Assembly: GCA_963843375.1 (NCBI GenBank) | Contig: CAWJKT010000027.1 | Span: 1 to 37,200, forward strand | Direction of reading: 5' to 3' | DNA length: 37,200 bases | Source of the DNA: an uncultured Pseudomonadota bacterium | GTDB taxonomy: Bacteria; Oederibacteriota; Muellerivitia; Muellerivitales; Muellerivitaceae | In this document: positions 10,799 through 19,693 of the stretch, piece after piece | How positions within the stretch are numbered: the first letter of the stretch is position 1 | Layout of the letters: each line of letters starts with the position of its first letter | Program-made: the position numbers and the translations under genes | Notes under the pieces: generated by a model | Databases searched by the model: none | What the model was told of the DNA's origin: nothing | Seen by the model: only the letters and a program-made list of their open reading frames with translations

Positions 10799-12207
10799 TC
10801 ACTTTCCGGACGGGGGCCGGGAGCCTCCCGGCCCAGACGATGAAGGGGGCGGGGCGGGCGGCAGGGCCGGCCTGCCGCCGGCCGGCCGGGACGGCGGCCC
10901 GGCGACCCCGGGCGGCGTCCTCGGTGCCGGGCGCGGGGCCGGGTCGGCGCGCCAGCGCCAGCCGCTGCCCCCGGCCCCCGGTGCGCGCCTCGGCCTGCTC
11001 CCGTCCCGCCCGTCCCCCTGCCTGCCGTCCTGGGCGCCGGCCCGCGCGAGGCGGGCGCGGTGCCGCGCAGCAGCGGCCCGACACGGGACAAGACGGCGGC
11101 GGTGACGACGAAGCGGGCGGCGCGGCGCAGCGGGGACCGGCCGAACGGGGACAGGACGGGACGCGCGATCCAGAACGGGATCCGCATCAGGATGTAGAGC
11201 AGGCACAAGGTGACCAGGGTCTGTCCCAGGGCGCTGCTCATGTCGCCGGGCAGCCAGCCGGGGGAGAAGAACACCTGCACGGCGGCGGTCATGACCAGCC
11301 CCTGGGCGACCTGGACGGCAAGGGCCGCGGTGAGCGCCCGCCACCACCAGCGGGCCGCCCAGGCGGTCTGCGGCAGGGCGTAGAGGGCGAGCAGGACCGG
11401 GGCGGCGGCGGCCAGCAGGACCACCGCCATCAGCCGGATGACGTAGACCGCCGCGAGCACCAGGGCCAGGACGACACCGGCCAGGGCCAGCAGGATCAGG
11501 AAGATCCCGCCGTTGGAGATCGCGTTGCCCAGCGTGGTCATCAGCGAGGTCGCGGCGCTCTGCGGGTCCACGCCTCCGGCGGTGAAGGCGGCGGACAGGC
11601 CGTTGGCAAGGTCGACGGCGCGGGTCATCAGGACCATCGACAGGTTCGCGCCGATGAAGCCGAGCACGATCCGGGGGGCGATCTCCTTGGCCGAGTAGGA
11701 GGTCTGCAGGGTCTCGTGGCTCATCACGATGATCCCGCCGATGAGGACCAGCAGCCCGTAGCAGGCGTCGGCGATCCCGAGCCCGGCCGACCACAGGGTC
11801 CGCACCGCCGGGATGGAGTCCGGCTGCGGGGTTGACAGGGCTGTCCGGCCGATCAGGGACAGCAGCGGGTTGACCGCGGACGTGACCAGGCCCGCGAACC
11901 AGCTCGTGATCGCGTTGCTGACGTAGCAGCCGAAGTCCAGGAGCCCGCAGCCGCCGGTCCCCGGCAGCGACACCGCCTGGGAGGGCGGCGCCGCCGGCGC
12001 GGCGGGGACGGTATCCGCCGTCAGCACGGTGCGGGTCACCAGGACTGCTGCCGCCGGGCGGGCCGGCGGGGCCTGCGGCGGCGGGTGCGCGGCGAGCACG
12101 GCGACGGCCAGGACGGCGAGGACGACGGCGCCCGCCAGGACGGCGGCGCGGCCGCGGCCCGGCCCGCGGTGCCGCCGGGCGAGGCCGGGAGCGCGGGGCA
12201 GCCTCAT
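10799..12207 (-). CDS. VirB6-like polytopic membrane protein; 3' end uncertain because of frameshifts
   Basis: Several TM segments, including KEIAPRIVLGFIGANLS and APVLLALYALPQT..A..WWRAL. ATG overlaps the pilin stop. Confidence 0.7.
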
Positions 12208-12542
12208 CCGCCGACCAGGGACTTCAGGACGGTCACGATGACCGGGGCGAGGATCGCCAGGCTGTAGCCGATCGCTGCGGACCGCAGCGCGACCTTGGCT
12301 TTCTCGACCTCGGCCGGGTCTCCGCTGGCCATCAGGTAGCGGACCCCGCCGAGGGTGAGGAACAAGGTGGCCAGGCCGGCGAGGATGCCGGCGATCCATA
12401 GGGTGGTGTTGCTGATCACCTGGCTGATCGAGTCCGCGGCCCTCGGATGCGACGCTGCGAGCGGGGCCGCGAGCAGGGCCGGGCTGCCGGGCGGGCGGGG
12501 GATGCGCCGGAGCCAGCCCGGCGGCCGGGGGGTGAGCTTCAT
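12204..12542 (-). CDS. VirB2/TrbC-like pilin
   Basis: LWIAGILAGLATLFLTLGGVRYLMASGDPAEVEKAKVALRSAAIGY: two hydrophobic helices around a GDP-x-E-x-AK loop. RBS AGGAGG. Confidence 0.8.
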   Translation of the reverse strand: MKLTPRPPGWLRRIPRPPGSPALLAAPLAASHPRAADSISQVISNTTLWIAGILAGLATLFLTLGGVRYLMASGDPAEVEKAKVALRSAAIGYSLAILAPVIVTVLKSLVGG

Positions 12543-12756
12543 GGGCAGGTGCCTCCTGCGGGAACCAGGACGGAGTGCGGGGTGCGGGGGCGGCCCGCGC
12601 GGCGGGCGCGGGACCTGACCTCCTTCCGGGAGGGGAAAGGGGGCGGGCTGTCAGCGGCTGCGGCGGCGTCCCGCCGGGCGGGCCGCCCGCCCCGGAAATG
12701 GCGCCCGGGGCGGGGAACCCCCGCACCAACAGAAATCCGGTTTCCGGCCCTTTTTT

Positions 12757-13514
12757 TCACGCGGGCCGGCGAAATAAGTCCGCGAGAAATCCGCTCTTGA
12801 TGGCGTCGGCTATGGCTTTCTCGGCCCTTTTCCGCCGGTTGCAGAGGGCGGAATGGCTGATCCCGGTCTCGGCGGCGATCTGGGACAGGGGGACGCCTTC
12901 GAGCCGGTTCCGGCCGATGAGCTGGGCCTGGCCGCGGGTGAGGACCTGGTGCCGGACGGCGGCGGCGAGCACGAAGTCCGGGTGGCCCCAGGGCAGGTCC
13001 GGGCCGTCGCGCCACGCGTCCAGGCCGCGCGGCGGGCGGACCAGTCGGCGTCGGCGTAGGCGTGCTGCTGCCCGGCCCGCCAGGCGGCCCAGCACAGCCG
13101 GGACGCCAGCGGCACCGACTCCAGGTCGTCCAGGTCCAGGGCGCGCAGGGCGGCGAGGAACCCGGTCAGGACCTCGGCCTGCAGGTCGGCGCGGTCGCCG
13201 CGGTAGGCGGCGGCCAGGCTGCCGGCCGCGCGGCGCAGGCCCGGCATGGCGATGCCGGTCAGGCCGACCACCCAGGCCGGGTCCCCGGCACGGGCGCGGC
13301 GCACCAGCTCGGCCCAGACCTGGTTGCGGGCGCGGGCGCTGGTCGAGGGGTGCAGCAGCAGCACCCGCAGCTCATCCAGCGGCACCGGCCGGCCCGGCAG
13401 GCCGGCCGCGACCTTGGAGGCGTGCAGCGCCAGCGGCTGCGGCCCGGCGCACAGCAGCCGGAACGCGGCGTCGGCGGCATCGAACGGCTCCGGCGAGGCG
13501 GAGTAGTCATCCAT
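12757..13514 (-). CDS. Sigma-70/ECF-like HTH regulator at the head of the transfer operon; frameshifted near 13040
   Basis: Region-2-like DLQAEVLTGFLAAL, and a C-terminal region-4-like HTH LTRGQAQLI...EGVPLSQIAAETGISHSALCNRRKRAE. Confidence 0.55.
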
Positions 13515-13595
13515 GCCGTACCGGACAAACAAGGCGTTCAAATTCAATCCTTTTTGATTTCTTCGGAAATTTAAATTTGAAAAAGGGGTCTTATT

Positions 13596-14414
13596 TTGGT
13601 GGATGTGACAAAACTAGGAAAAAGCGGGAAGTTTTTCGTGATCGCTGGACCCTGTGTGATCGAGGGCACCGATTTTCTGTTGAAGACGGCTAAAACCATC
13701 ATGGGAATTACCAATTCTTTGGGCATTCCATTGGTTTTTAAGTCTTCCTATGACAAGGCGAACCGCACTTCTATCAAGGGCTTCCGGGGTCCCGGATTAA
13801 AAAAAGGTTTATCCGATCTGTCCCTGGTGAAAAAGAAATTTGGAATTCCTGTTTTAACCGACGTACATGAAATCGGTGAAGTGAGATACGCCGCGAAAGT
13901 AGCCAATGTTCTGCAGATCCCCGCCTTTCTTTCGCGCCAGACGAGTTTGCTTATGGAAACCGCAAAATATGGGGAAGTTGTCAATGTGAAAAAAGCCCAA
14001 TTCATGGCCCCTTGGGAAATGGTAAATGTCGTCGCTAAGATGCGGGGGACAGGCCAGATGAATATTTGGCTGACGGAAAGGGGAACATCCTTTGGGTACA
14101 ACAATTTAGTTGTCGATTATCGGGGCATTCCGGAAATGAAAAAAACTGGTTGTCCGGTGGTTTTTGATGGGACCCACAGTGTTCAGCAACCGGCGGCAAA
14201 TGGGACTTCCAGCGGAGGAACTCGCGAGCACGCGCCCGATTTAATACGGGCAGCGGTAGCTGTCGGTGTAAACGGTCTTTTCATGGAAGTTCATCCCGAT
14301 CCCCCCAAGGCCAAATCGGATGCGGCTACCCAAATTACTTTCGAGACCTTTCGACAGGTATTGAAAGACAGTCTCGCCATCCGAAAAGCGCTCGAAAACA
14401 GTTCTAAAGTTTAA
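13596..14414 (+). CDS. kdsA: KDO-8-phosphate synthase
   Basis: IAGPCVIE, FKSSYDKANRTS, LQIPAFLSRQT, ERGTSFGYNNLVVD, FDGTHSVQQP. Confidence 0.96.
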   Translation: MVDVTKLGKSGKFFVIAGPCVIEGTDFLLKTAKTIMGITNSLGIPLVFKSSYDKANRTSIKGFRGPGLKKGLSDLSLVKKKFGIPVLTDVHEIGEVRYAAKVANVLQIPAFLSRQTSLLMETAKYGEVVNVKKAQFMAPWEMVNVVAKMRGTGQMNIWLTERGTSFGYNNLVVDYRGIPEMKKTGCPVVFDGTHSVQQPAANGTSSGGTREHAPDLIRAAVAVGVNGLFMEVHPDPPKAKSDAATQITFETFRQVLKDSLAIRKALENSSKV

Positions 14415-14468
14415 ATGGCCCTTAAACCTTCGGGGAGTTCTTCGAAAAGATGAATACACCGTAAGGGA

Positions 14469-15749
14469 TTATCCCCCGAACAGAGTCATGATCCGTCCCA
14501 TGTGTTTCAAGTAATTGGGGACAACATCTACGCAAAGAATCATGGTGTTTCCGGCCTTGTCCAGGAAGCGGGTTGAGATGGTTAGGCAGAAGAGCCCCGT
14601 TGCGGGGGAGATGTAAGGTTCGCTGGTATAAGATTCCCGGTTCATTCCCGACTCCATCAAGAAATAATAAAAGTCTCTCGTGGAGTAGTCTGTTCCCTTA
14701 GCGGGAAGGCGGAAAATGCCCTGGCGGGGTTGCTGGTCCGTCTTACAGGACATCACGGTTGTTTGCAATCCCTTCGCGTCAAGTATATAAATGGCCTTTG
14801 CGATGGAGTTGTTCAAAAGGGCGCCGGATAATTTTCCATCCATTTCATCTTCAGTCAAAGTGCTAAGTTCTCCCACGAGGTTTTCGATCATGAGTTTGTA
14901 ACGCTCGTGTTGTATTTTCTTAATATTCAATTTTTCCACCATGCGTTTCTTGAACTTGTCGGCTACTGGATCAAGAATGCTGGTGACGAGCCCTACAAAA
15001 TCAACACTGGGTTCCTGTGGTTTGGAAAAGTAAAAGCCTTGAAGCAAGTCAGCGCCCAGCTCAAGGCATTCCAAGGTTTCCTCCTCGGTTTCCACGCCCT
15101 CTGCCAGCGCAACGGCGCCAATTTTTTGGGACAAATGAACGAGAGATTTAAAGATTTCTTGACGGTAATAGTCATCCTGCAGGTTCGTGACGAGGGAGCG
15201 ATCAATCTTAATTATATCGGGTTGAATGACAGGGATACGATCCAAGTTGGAATGTCCTTTGCCGACATCGTCCAGGGCAATAAGAAAACCATGTTCGCGA
15301 TGGATATGGACAAACTTTGCCAGAGCCTCGACGTTTTTAACTTTTGATTCCAGTATTTCGATTACGATAAAGGAAGGGTTCAAATTGAGTTGACGGCAGA
15401 GGTGGATCAACTGCAGGGTGCCGACTTCCTTGTCGATAATGGAGGTCTCGAAATTGAGAGTTAATATCAGATCGTGGGGTTGAGGACAAAAGCGCTGGAA
15501 ACTCTCCAGGATTTTTTTTCGAAGAAGGCGGTCTAGTTCCATGGTGAGGCCCGCTTCTCGGGCCAACTTCAGAAGTGGGAGAGGTGGAATAAGCTTTCCT
15601 GAAATAGGATGAATTCCCCGTGAAAGACCCTCGAAACCGACAATTTTTTTTTCTCGGATGGAAAAAATGGGTTGGAAATGAACTTCTACCAATTCCCGTT
15701 CTAAGAGAATTTTGAGATCCAAATCGCTATAATCGGCGGTGAAGATCAT
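14469..15749 (-). CDS. EAL c-di-GMP phosphodiesterase with C-terminal PDC/Cache-like domain (YkuI-like)
   Basis: FQPI, EGLSR, ALDDVGKGHSNL, IKIDRSL, AEGVET, QGFYFSKP. C-terminus DYSTRDFY...SEPYISPATG..CLTIS. Confidence 0.88.
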   Translation of the reverse strand: MIFTADYSDLDLKILLERELVEVHFQPIFSIREKKIVGFEGLSRGIHPISGKLIPPLPLLKLAREAGLTMELDRLLRKKILESFQRFCPQPHDLILTLNFETSIIDKEVGTLQLIHLCRQLNLNPSFIVIEILESKVKNVEALAKFVHIHREHGFLIALDDVGKGHSNLDRIPVIQPDIIKIDRSLVTNLQDDYYRQEIFKSLVHLSQKIGAVALAEGVETEEETLECLELGADLLQGFYFSKPQEPSVDFVGLVTSILDPVADKFKKRMVEKLNIKKIQHERYKLMIENLVGELSTLTEDEMDGKLSGALLNNSIAKAIYILDAKGLQTTVMSCKTDQQPRQGIFRLPAKGTDYSTRDFYYFLMESGMNRESYTSEPYISPATGLFCLTISTRFLDKAGNTMILCVDVVPNYLKHMGRIMTLFGG

Positions 15750-16065
15750 GGTTTGATATCCCGAATTTGAACTTAAAATTGACTTGGGTTAAATGATATC
15801 CCAAAAAATGGTTGTCTGGATGTTTTGTGTTAATTTTTTAAATTTTTTTTGTTTAAAAATCGACCGGTATTGTTAAGACCATTTTGTAACATCCGTGAAA
15901 TATTAGTCTTAATATGCTTTAGGTAATTGGAAGTAATTGGAACTGCTCTGGATCATTGAAAACGATTTAAGAAAACTCAGTCGTTTAATGAACTATCTAA
16001 AAATAGTATTTTGTCTAAAGATTTTCATTTCTTTTGATTCAATGAAATAAACAGCGTTTTTAAGG
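15750..16065. promoter_or_regulatory. AT-rich divergent promoter region with a tandem 10-bp repeat
   Basis: Lies between divergent genes. GTAATTGGAA occurs twice at 15923-15942. Confidence 0.45.
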
Positions 16066-16479
16066 ATGAACATGGCTTATCAAATTTATAGCGATGGCGC
16101 TTGCCGCGGTAATCCAGGCCCTTCAGGTATTGGCGCGATCATCCTAAATGACAAAGGCAAGACTATTCACGAAATTTCCCGATTCATTGGGAATACTACG
16201 AATAACGTTGCGGAATATGAAGCTCTCCTGGAGGCTTTGGACTATTGTGTAAAAAAGAAATTATCACCCGTGGAAATTTTGGCCGACAGTCAATTGATGA
16301 TCCGGCAGCTTTCAGGACAGTACAAAGTGAAACATCCCAACATGATCCCCCTTCATCAAAAAGCCAAGGAGTATTTGTCTCGGTTGAAGGTAGTTGGTTA
16401 CACCCATGTACTGAGGGAATTCAATAAAAGGGCGGACGAACTGGCCAACGAGGGTATTGATCAGCATTTCTCTAAATAA
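16066..16479 (+). CDS. rnhA: Ribonuclease HI family protein
   Basis: SDGACRGNPG, TNNVAEYEAL, DSQL, NKRADELAN (DEDD residues). Confidence 0.92.
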   Translation: MNMAYQIYSDGACRGNPGPSGIGAIILNDKGKTIHEISRFIGNTTNNVAEYEALLEALDYCVKKKLSPVEILADSQLMIRQLSGQYKVKHPNMIPLHQKAKEYLSRLKVVGYTHVLREFNKRADELANEGIDQHFSK

Positions 16480-16539
16480 GCCACTTTTCCAAGGTTTGAT
16501 CCACTGGATTTTGCCTCTGTTTCCCTTTATCATTTGTGC

Positions 16540-16933
16540 AGAAGCAGGTCCGTGATCGCGATCGGCGGGGTTTCCCCGTCCGGTTGAGGAAAGTCCGAAC
16601 TCCACAGGACAGGATGCTGGATAACGCCCAGTCGGGAGCCGCAAGGTTCTTGAAGGAAAGCGCCACAGAAAACAAACCGCCCCAAGGCGCCTAAAGCGCT
16701 AAGAGGTAAGGGTGAAATGGTGGGGTAAGAGCCCACCGCGTTCCACGCGAGTGTGACGGCAAGGCAAACCCCATCCGGAGCAAGATCAAATAGGGAGGCT
16801 TTGAAGCGGTCCGCTTCATTCTTTTTCAAACAGGAAAAGGAGGCCTTCGGGTAAGATCGCAAGGACGGGGCCGGTAACGGTGCCCGCGAGAGAAATGATC
16901 ACACTCACAAAATTCGGCTTATGACCTGCTTCT
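16540..16933 (+). ncRNA. rnpB: RNase P RNA (bacterial type A)
   Basis: P1 helix AGAAGCAGGTC/GACCTGCTTCT, GAGGAAAGTCCG, GGAAAGCGCCACAGAAA, AAGGGTGAAA..GGTAAGAGC, GCAAACCCC..GGAGCAAG, ACAAAATTCGGCTTA. Confidence 0.97.
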
Positions 16934-16945
16934 TTTAATTTATAA

Positions 16946-16976
16946 CAAAGGCCGCCTCCGGGCGGCTTTTTGTTTT
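16946..16976 (+). terminator. Rho-independent terminator of rnpB
   Basis: AAAGGCCGCC-TCCG-GGCGGCTTTT followed by TGTTTT. Confidence 0.85.
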
Positions 16977-17000
16977 AATCCTTAATTCAAGGAATGCACC

Positions 17001-18260
17001 GTGCAAAAGATTTCGGTGAAGGGTGGAAAAGTCCTTAAAGGTTCAGTCGAAATCAGCGGCTCCAAAAACGCAACCCTTCCCGTTATGACCGCAGCGCTCC
17101 TCGCCGAATCCCCATCCGTTATTCAAAATGTTCCATACTTGAACGACATCAAGACCATGGCCGAAGTGTTACGCAAACTCGGTTCCGCCGTCCTGTTGGA
17201 AGATCATTGTCTGCATATTGATCCAAAAGGTTTTAACAAGTTTGAGGCCCCCTACGAACTCGTGAAAACGATGCGAGCTTCGATTTACTCCCTCGGGGCT
17301 TGTCTCGCCCGATTGGGTGAAGCTAAGGTATCTCTGCCGGGAGGATGTGCCATTGGCGCCCGGCCTATCGATCTTCACTTGAAAGGTGTTGAGCAATTGG
17401 GGGCTAAGGTCACCATCGAGCATGGTTATGTACATGCCAAAGCTTCTAAATTAAAGGGAGCCACCATTTATTTAGCCGGACCCCATGGGCCTAGCGTCGG
17501 AGCTACGGTCAATGTGGTCATGGCTGCCACCGCTGCCGAGGGAACCACCGTTATTGAATCCGCCTCTTCCGAACCGGAAGTGGAAGATTTGGTGAATTGT
17601 CTTAAAGCCATGGGCGCCTCCATTGAGGGGGCTGGGACATCCCGATTGGTCATTGAAGGCAAAAAGAAACTCAAGGGCGTAGAGTATTCAGTAATTCCTG
17701 ATCGAGTGGAAGCCGGTACCTTTATGGTGGCTGCGGCCATCACGAAAAGCGATATCCTTTTGAAAAAGGCAAATCCTAGCCATCTGACGGCGGTCATAGA
17801 CAAACTTCGTCAGATCGGCGTAGACATAGAAGTCACTAGCGCGGGAATAAGGGTCAAAGGGGAAGGGGTCTATAAACCGGCGGATGTCATGATCCTGCCT
17901 TATCCGGGATTTCCCACCGATATGCAGGCCCAGATTATGGCCCTTCTAGCAACGGTGCCAGGCATCAGTATTGTTACTGAAACGATCTGGGAAAATCGTT
18001 TCATGCATGTTTTTGAGATGAATCGAATGGGCGCCGATATCAATATCGACCGAAGCCACGCAGTGGTGAAGGGGGTGCCGAAATTGACAGGGGCTCCGGT
18101 TATGGCGTCGGATTTACGGGCCAGCGCGGCGCTGATATTGGCCGGGTTGGTGGCCGAGGGGGAAACTCTTATCCAACGTATTTACCACTTGGACCGTGGA
18201 TATGAGAAAATTGAAAAAAAACTTTCCGCGTTGGGTGCAGATATTGTGCGTATTGATTAA
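17001..18260 (+). CDS. murA: UDP-N-acetylglucosamine 1-carboxyvinyltransferase
   Basis: SGSKNA, MRAS, LPGGCAIGARPID (catalytic Cys retained), PGFPTDMQ, DLRA, HLDRGYE. Confidence 0.97.
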   Translation: MQKISVKGGKVLKGSVEISGSKNATLPVMTAALLAESPSVIQNVPYLNDIKTMAEVLRKLGSAVLLEDHCLHIDPKGFNKFEAPYELVKTMRASIYSLGACLARLGEAKVSLPGGCAIGARPIDLHLKGVEQLGAKVTIEHGYVHAKASKLKGATIYLAGPHGPSVGATVNVVMAATAAEGTTVIESASSEPEVEDLVNCLKAMGASIEGAGTSRLVIEGKKKLKGVEYSVIPDRVEAGTFMVAAAITKSDILLKKANPSHLTAVIDKLRQIGVDIEVTSAGIRVKGEGVYKPADVMILPYPGFPTDMQAQIMALLATVPGISIVTETIWENRFMHVFEMNRMGADINIDRSHAVVKGVPKLTGAPVMASDLRASAALILAGLVAEGETLIQRIYHLDRGYEKIEKKLSALGADIVRID

Positions 18261-18269
18261 GGGGAACTC

Positions 18270-19616
18270 ATGCGAATATTGAATTATTCCAAGGTCGCTG
18301 ACCGTATATCCATCGAAAAGCTTGTTCGTCGGGAACCCTTGGCGGTTCTTAAAGGTGTGGGAAGCAGGGCTTTTTTGACCAAAAAGGTCTTCGGTAAAGA
18401 ACTGACCCCTGAGCAGGCGGTCGATCTCATTGTTAATGATGTCCGCAAAACAGGCGACCGGGCCCTCTTTGCCTATACTCGCAAGTTGGATGGTTTTGAC
18501 GTCAATCCTAAGAACATCCGAGTGACTAAATCGGAAATCCAGAAGGCTTTGGACCAACTGGAATATCCCTTGGAAGTGGCAATTCGTACGGCCATCCGGA
18601 ATGTTCGTTTTTTTCATATGAAAGAAAAACCATCCCGTTGGTTCCATAACGGCCCTCAAATGTCCTTGGGCCAACGTTGGACGCCTTTGGATAGAGTGGG
18701 TCTCTATGTGCCCGGAGGACTCGCGGCTTATCCCTCCTCGGTTATTATGAACGTTATTCCCGCCAAAGTGGCGGGGGTGAAGGAAGTGGTTGTCGTAACC
18801 CCGGTCAAAAAGGACGGCAAGGTAAACCCGATTGTCCTGGCGGCGGCTTATTTCGCCGGTGCCGACACGATTTTCAAAATTGGCGGGGCCCAGGCCATCG
18901 CGGCCCTGGCTTACGGCACAAAGTCGATTTCAGCTGTCGATAAAATAACGGGTCCTGGCAATCTTTTTGTGGCGCTTGCGAAAAGGCGAGTTTTCGGCCA
19001 AGTGGGAATCGACGGATTCCCCGGCCCTAGTGAGGTTTTAATTCTAGCAGACGGAACGGTTCCAGCTTCGTGGGCGGCGGCCGACCTCCTGGCCCAGGCC
19101 GAACATGACGAAATGGCCATGCCCCTCTTGGTGACTTATTCCACCCCTTACGCCAAGGAGGTGGCCAAAGAAGTGGAACTCCAACTGGGGCTTTTGGAGA
19201 GGCGGCAAATCGCAACCGATTCCATCAAAAGTCAGGGAGCCATTATTCTCGTTAAAAACCGGAAACAGGCGGAAGAAATTTCAAACCGGTTCGCTCCTGA
19301 GCATTTGGAACTATTGATCAAGGATCCCCGGACCTGGCTTCCCAATTTGCGCCATGCCGGCGCAATCTTCATGGGGGCCTTCAGCGCGGAAGCCTTCGGT
19401 GATTACACCGCCGGAACTAATCATGTGCTGCCCACGGGCGGGACGGCCCGATTTTCCTCGGGCCTTTCGGTTTTCGATTTCTTAAAACGCACCAATATGC
19501 TGGAAATGAAAAGGCCGGGTGTGAAAGCTATTGGAAAAACGACCATGGATTTCGCTCAAGAAGAAGGCCTGGGGGCTCATGCCCAAAGCGTGATGTTTAG
19601 GATGGGTAAAGTATAA
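18270..19616 (+). CDS. hisD: Histidinol dehydrogenase
   Basis: GLYVPGG.AAYPSS, GGAQAIAALAYG, GPGN, GPSE, QAEHD, APEHLE, GDYTAGTNHVLPT. Confidence 0.96.
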   Translation: MRILNYSKVADRISIEKLVRREPLAVLKGVGSRAFLTKKVFGKELTPEQAVDLIVNDVRKTGDRALFAYTRKLDGFDVNPKNIRVTKSEIQKALDQLEYPLEVAIRTAIRNVRFFHMKEKPSRWFHNGPQMSLGQRWTPLDRVGLYVPGGLAAYPSSVIMNVIPAKVAGVKEVVVVTPVKKDGKVNPIVLAAAYFAGADTIFKIGGAQAIAALAYGTKSISAVDKITGPGNLFVALAKRRVFGQVGIDGFPGPSEVLILADGTVPASWAAADLLAQAEHDEMAMPLLVTYSTPYAKEVAKEVELQLGLLERRQIATDSIKSQGAIILVKNRKQAEEISNRFAPEHLELLIKDPRTWLPNLRHAGAIFMGAFSAEAFGDYTAGTNHVLPTGGTARFSSGLSVFDFLKRTNMLEMKRPGVKAIGKTTMDFAQEEGLGAHAQSVMFRMGKV

Positions 19617-19693
19617 AACCCTTCCAACCCCGAGAATCTAAGGCGCTAAGAAAGACATTTGATTTTTAATTCCATAGAATTGTATTCAACCCC

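Larger units (their letters stand above)
2782..13514 (-). mobile_element. Actinobacterial-type conjugative (T4SS-like) transfer module of an ICE or plasmid; no integrase in view
   Basis: Co-oriented, often ATGA/GTGA-coupled genes for pilin, VirB6-like protein, PrgI, VirB4, VirD4-like protein, Replic_Relax relaxase, lipoprotein and SLT/NlpC hydrolase. Confidence 0.85.

Noticed and set aside
8460..12729. Apparent giant or fused ORFs (874 aa PrgI-VirB4 and 1316 aa)
   Set aside because: Products of frameshifts and stop-poor high-GC DNA. ATGA overlaps at 9833-9836 and 12204-12207 indicate separate genes.
2893..13693. Many long plus-strand Arg/Gly/Ala/Pro-rich ORFs
   Set aside because: Antisense shadows of the minus-strand genes, with no motifs.
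16472..16862. Minus-strand ORFs over 16.5-16.9 kb
   Set aside because: Antisense to rnpB, a well-known source of spurious ORFs.
17330..17375. Possible fosfomycin-resistant MurA
   Set aside because: The active-site Cys is retained (LPGGCAIG), not replaced by Asp.
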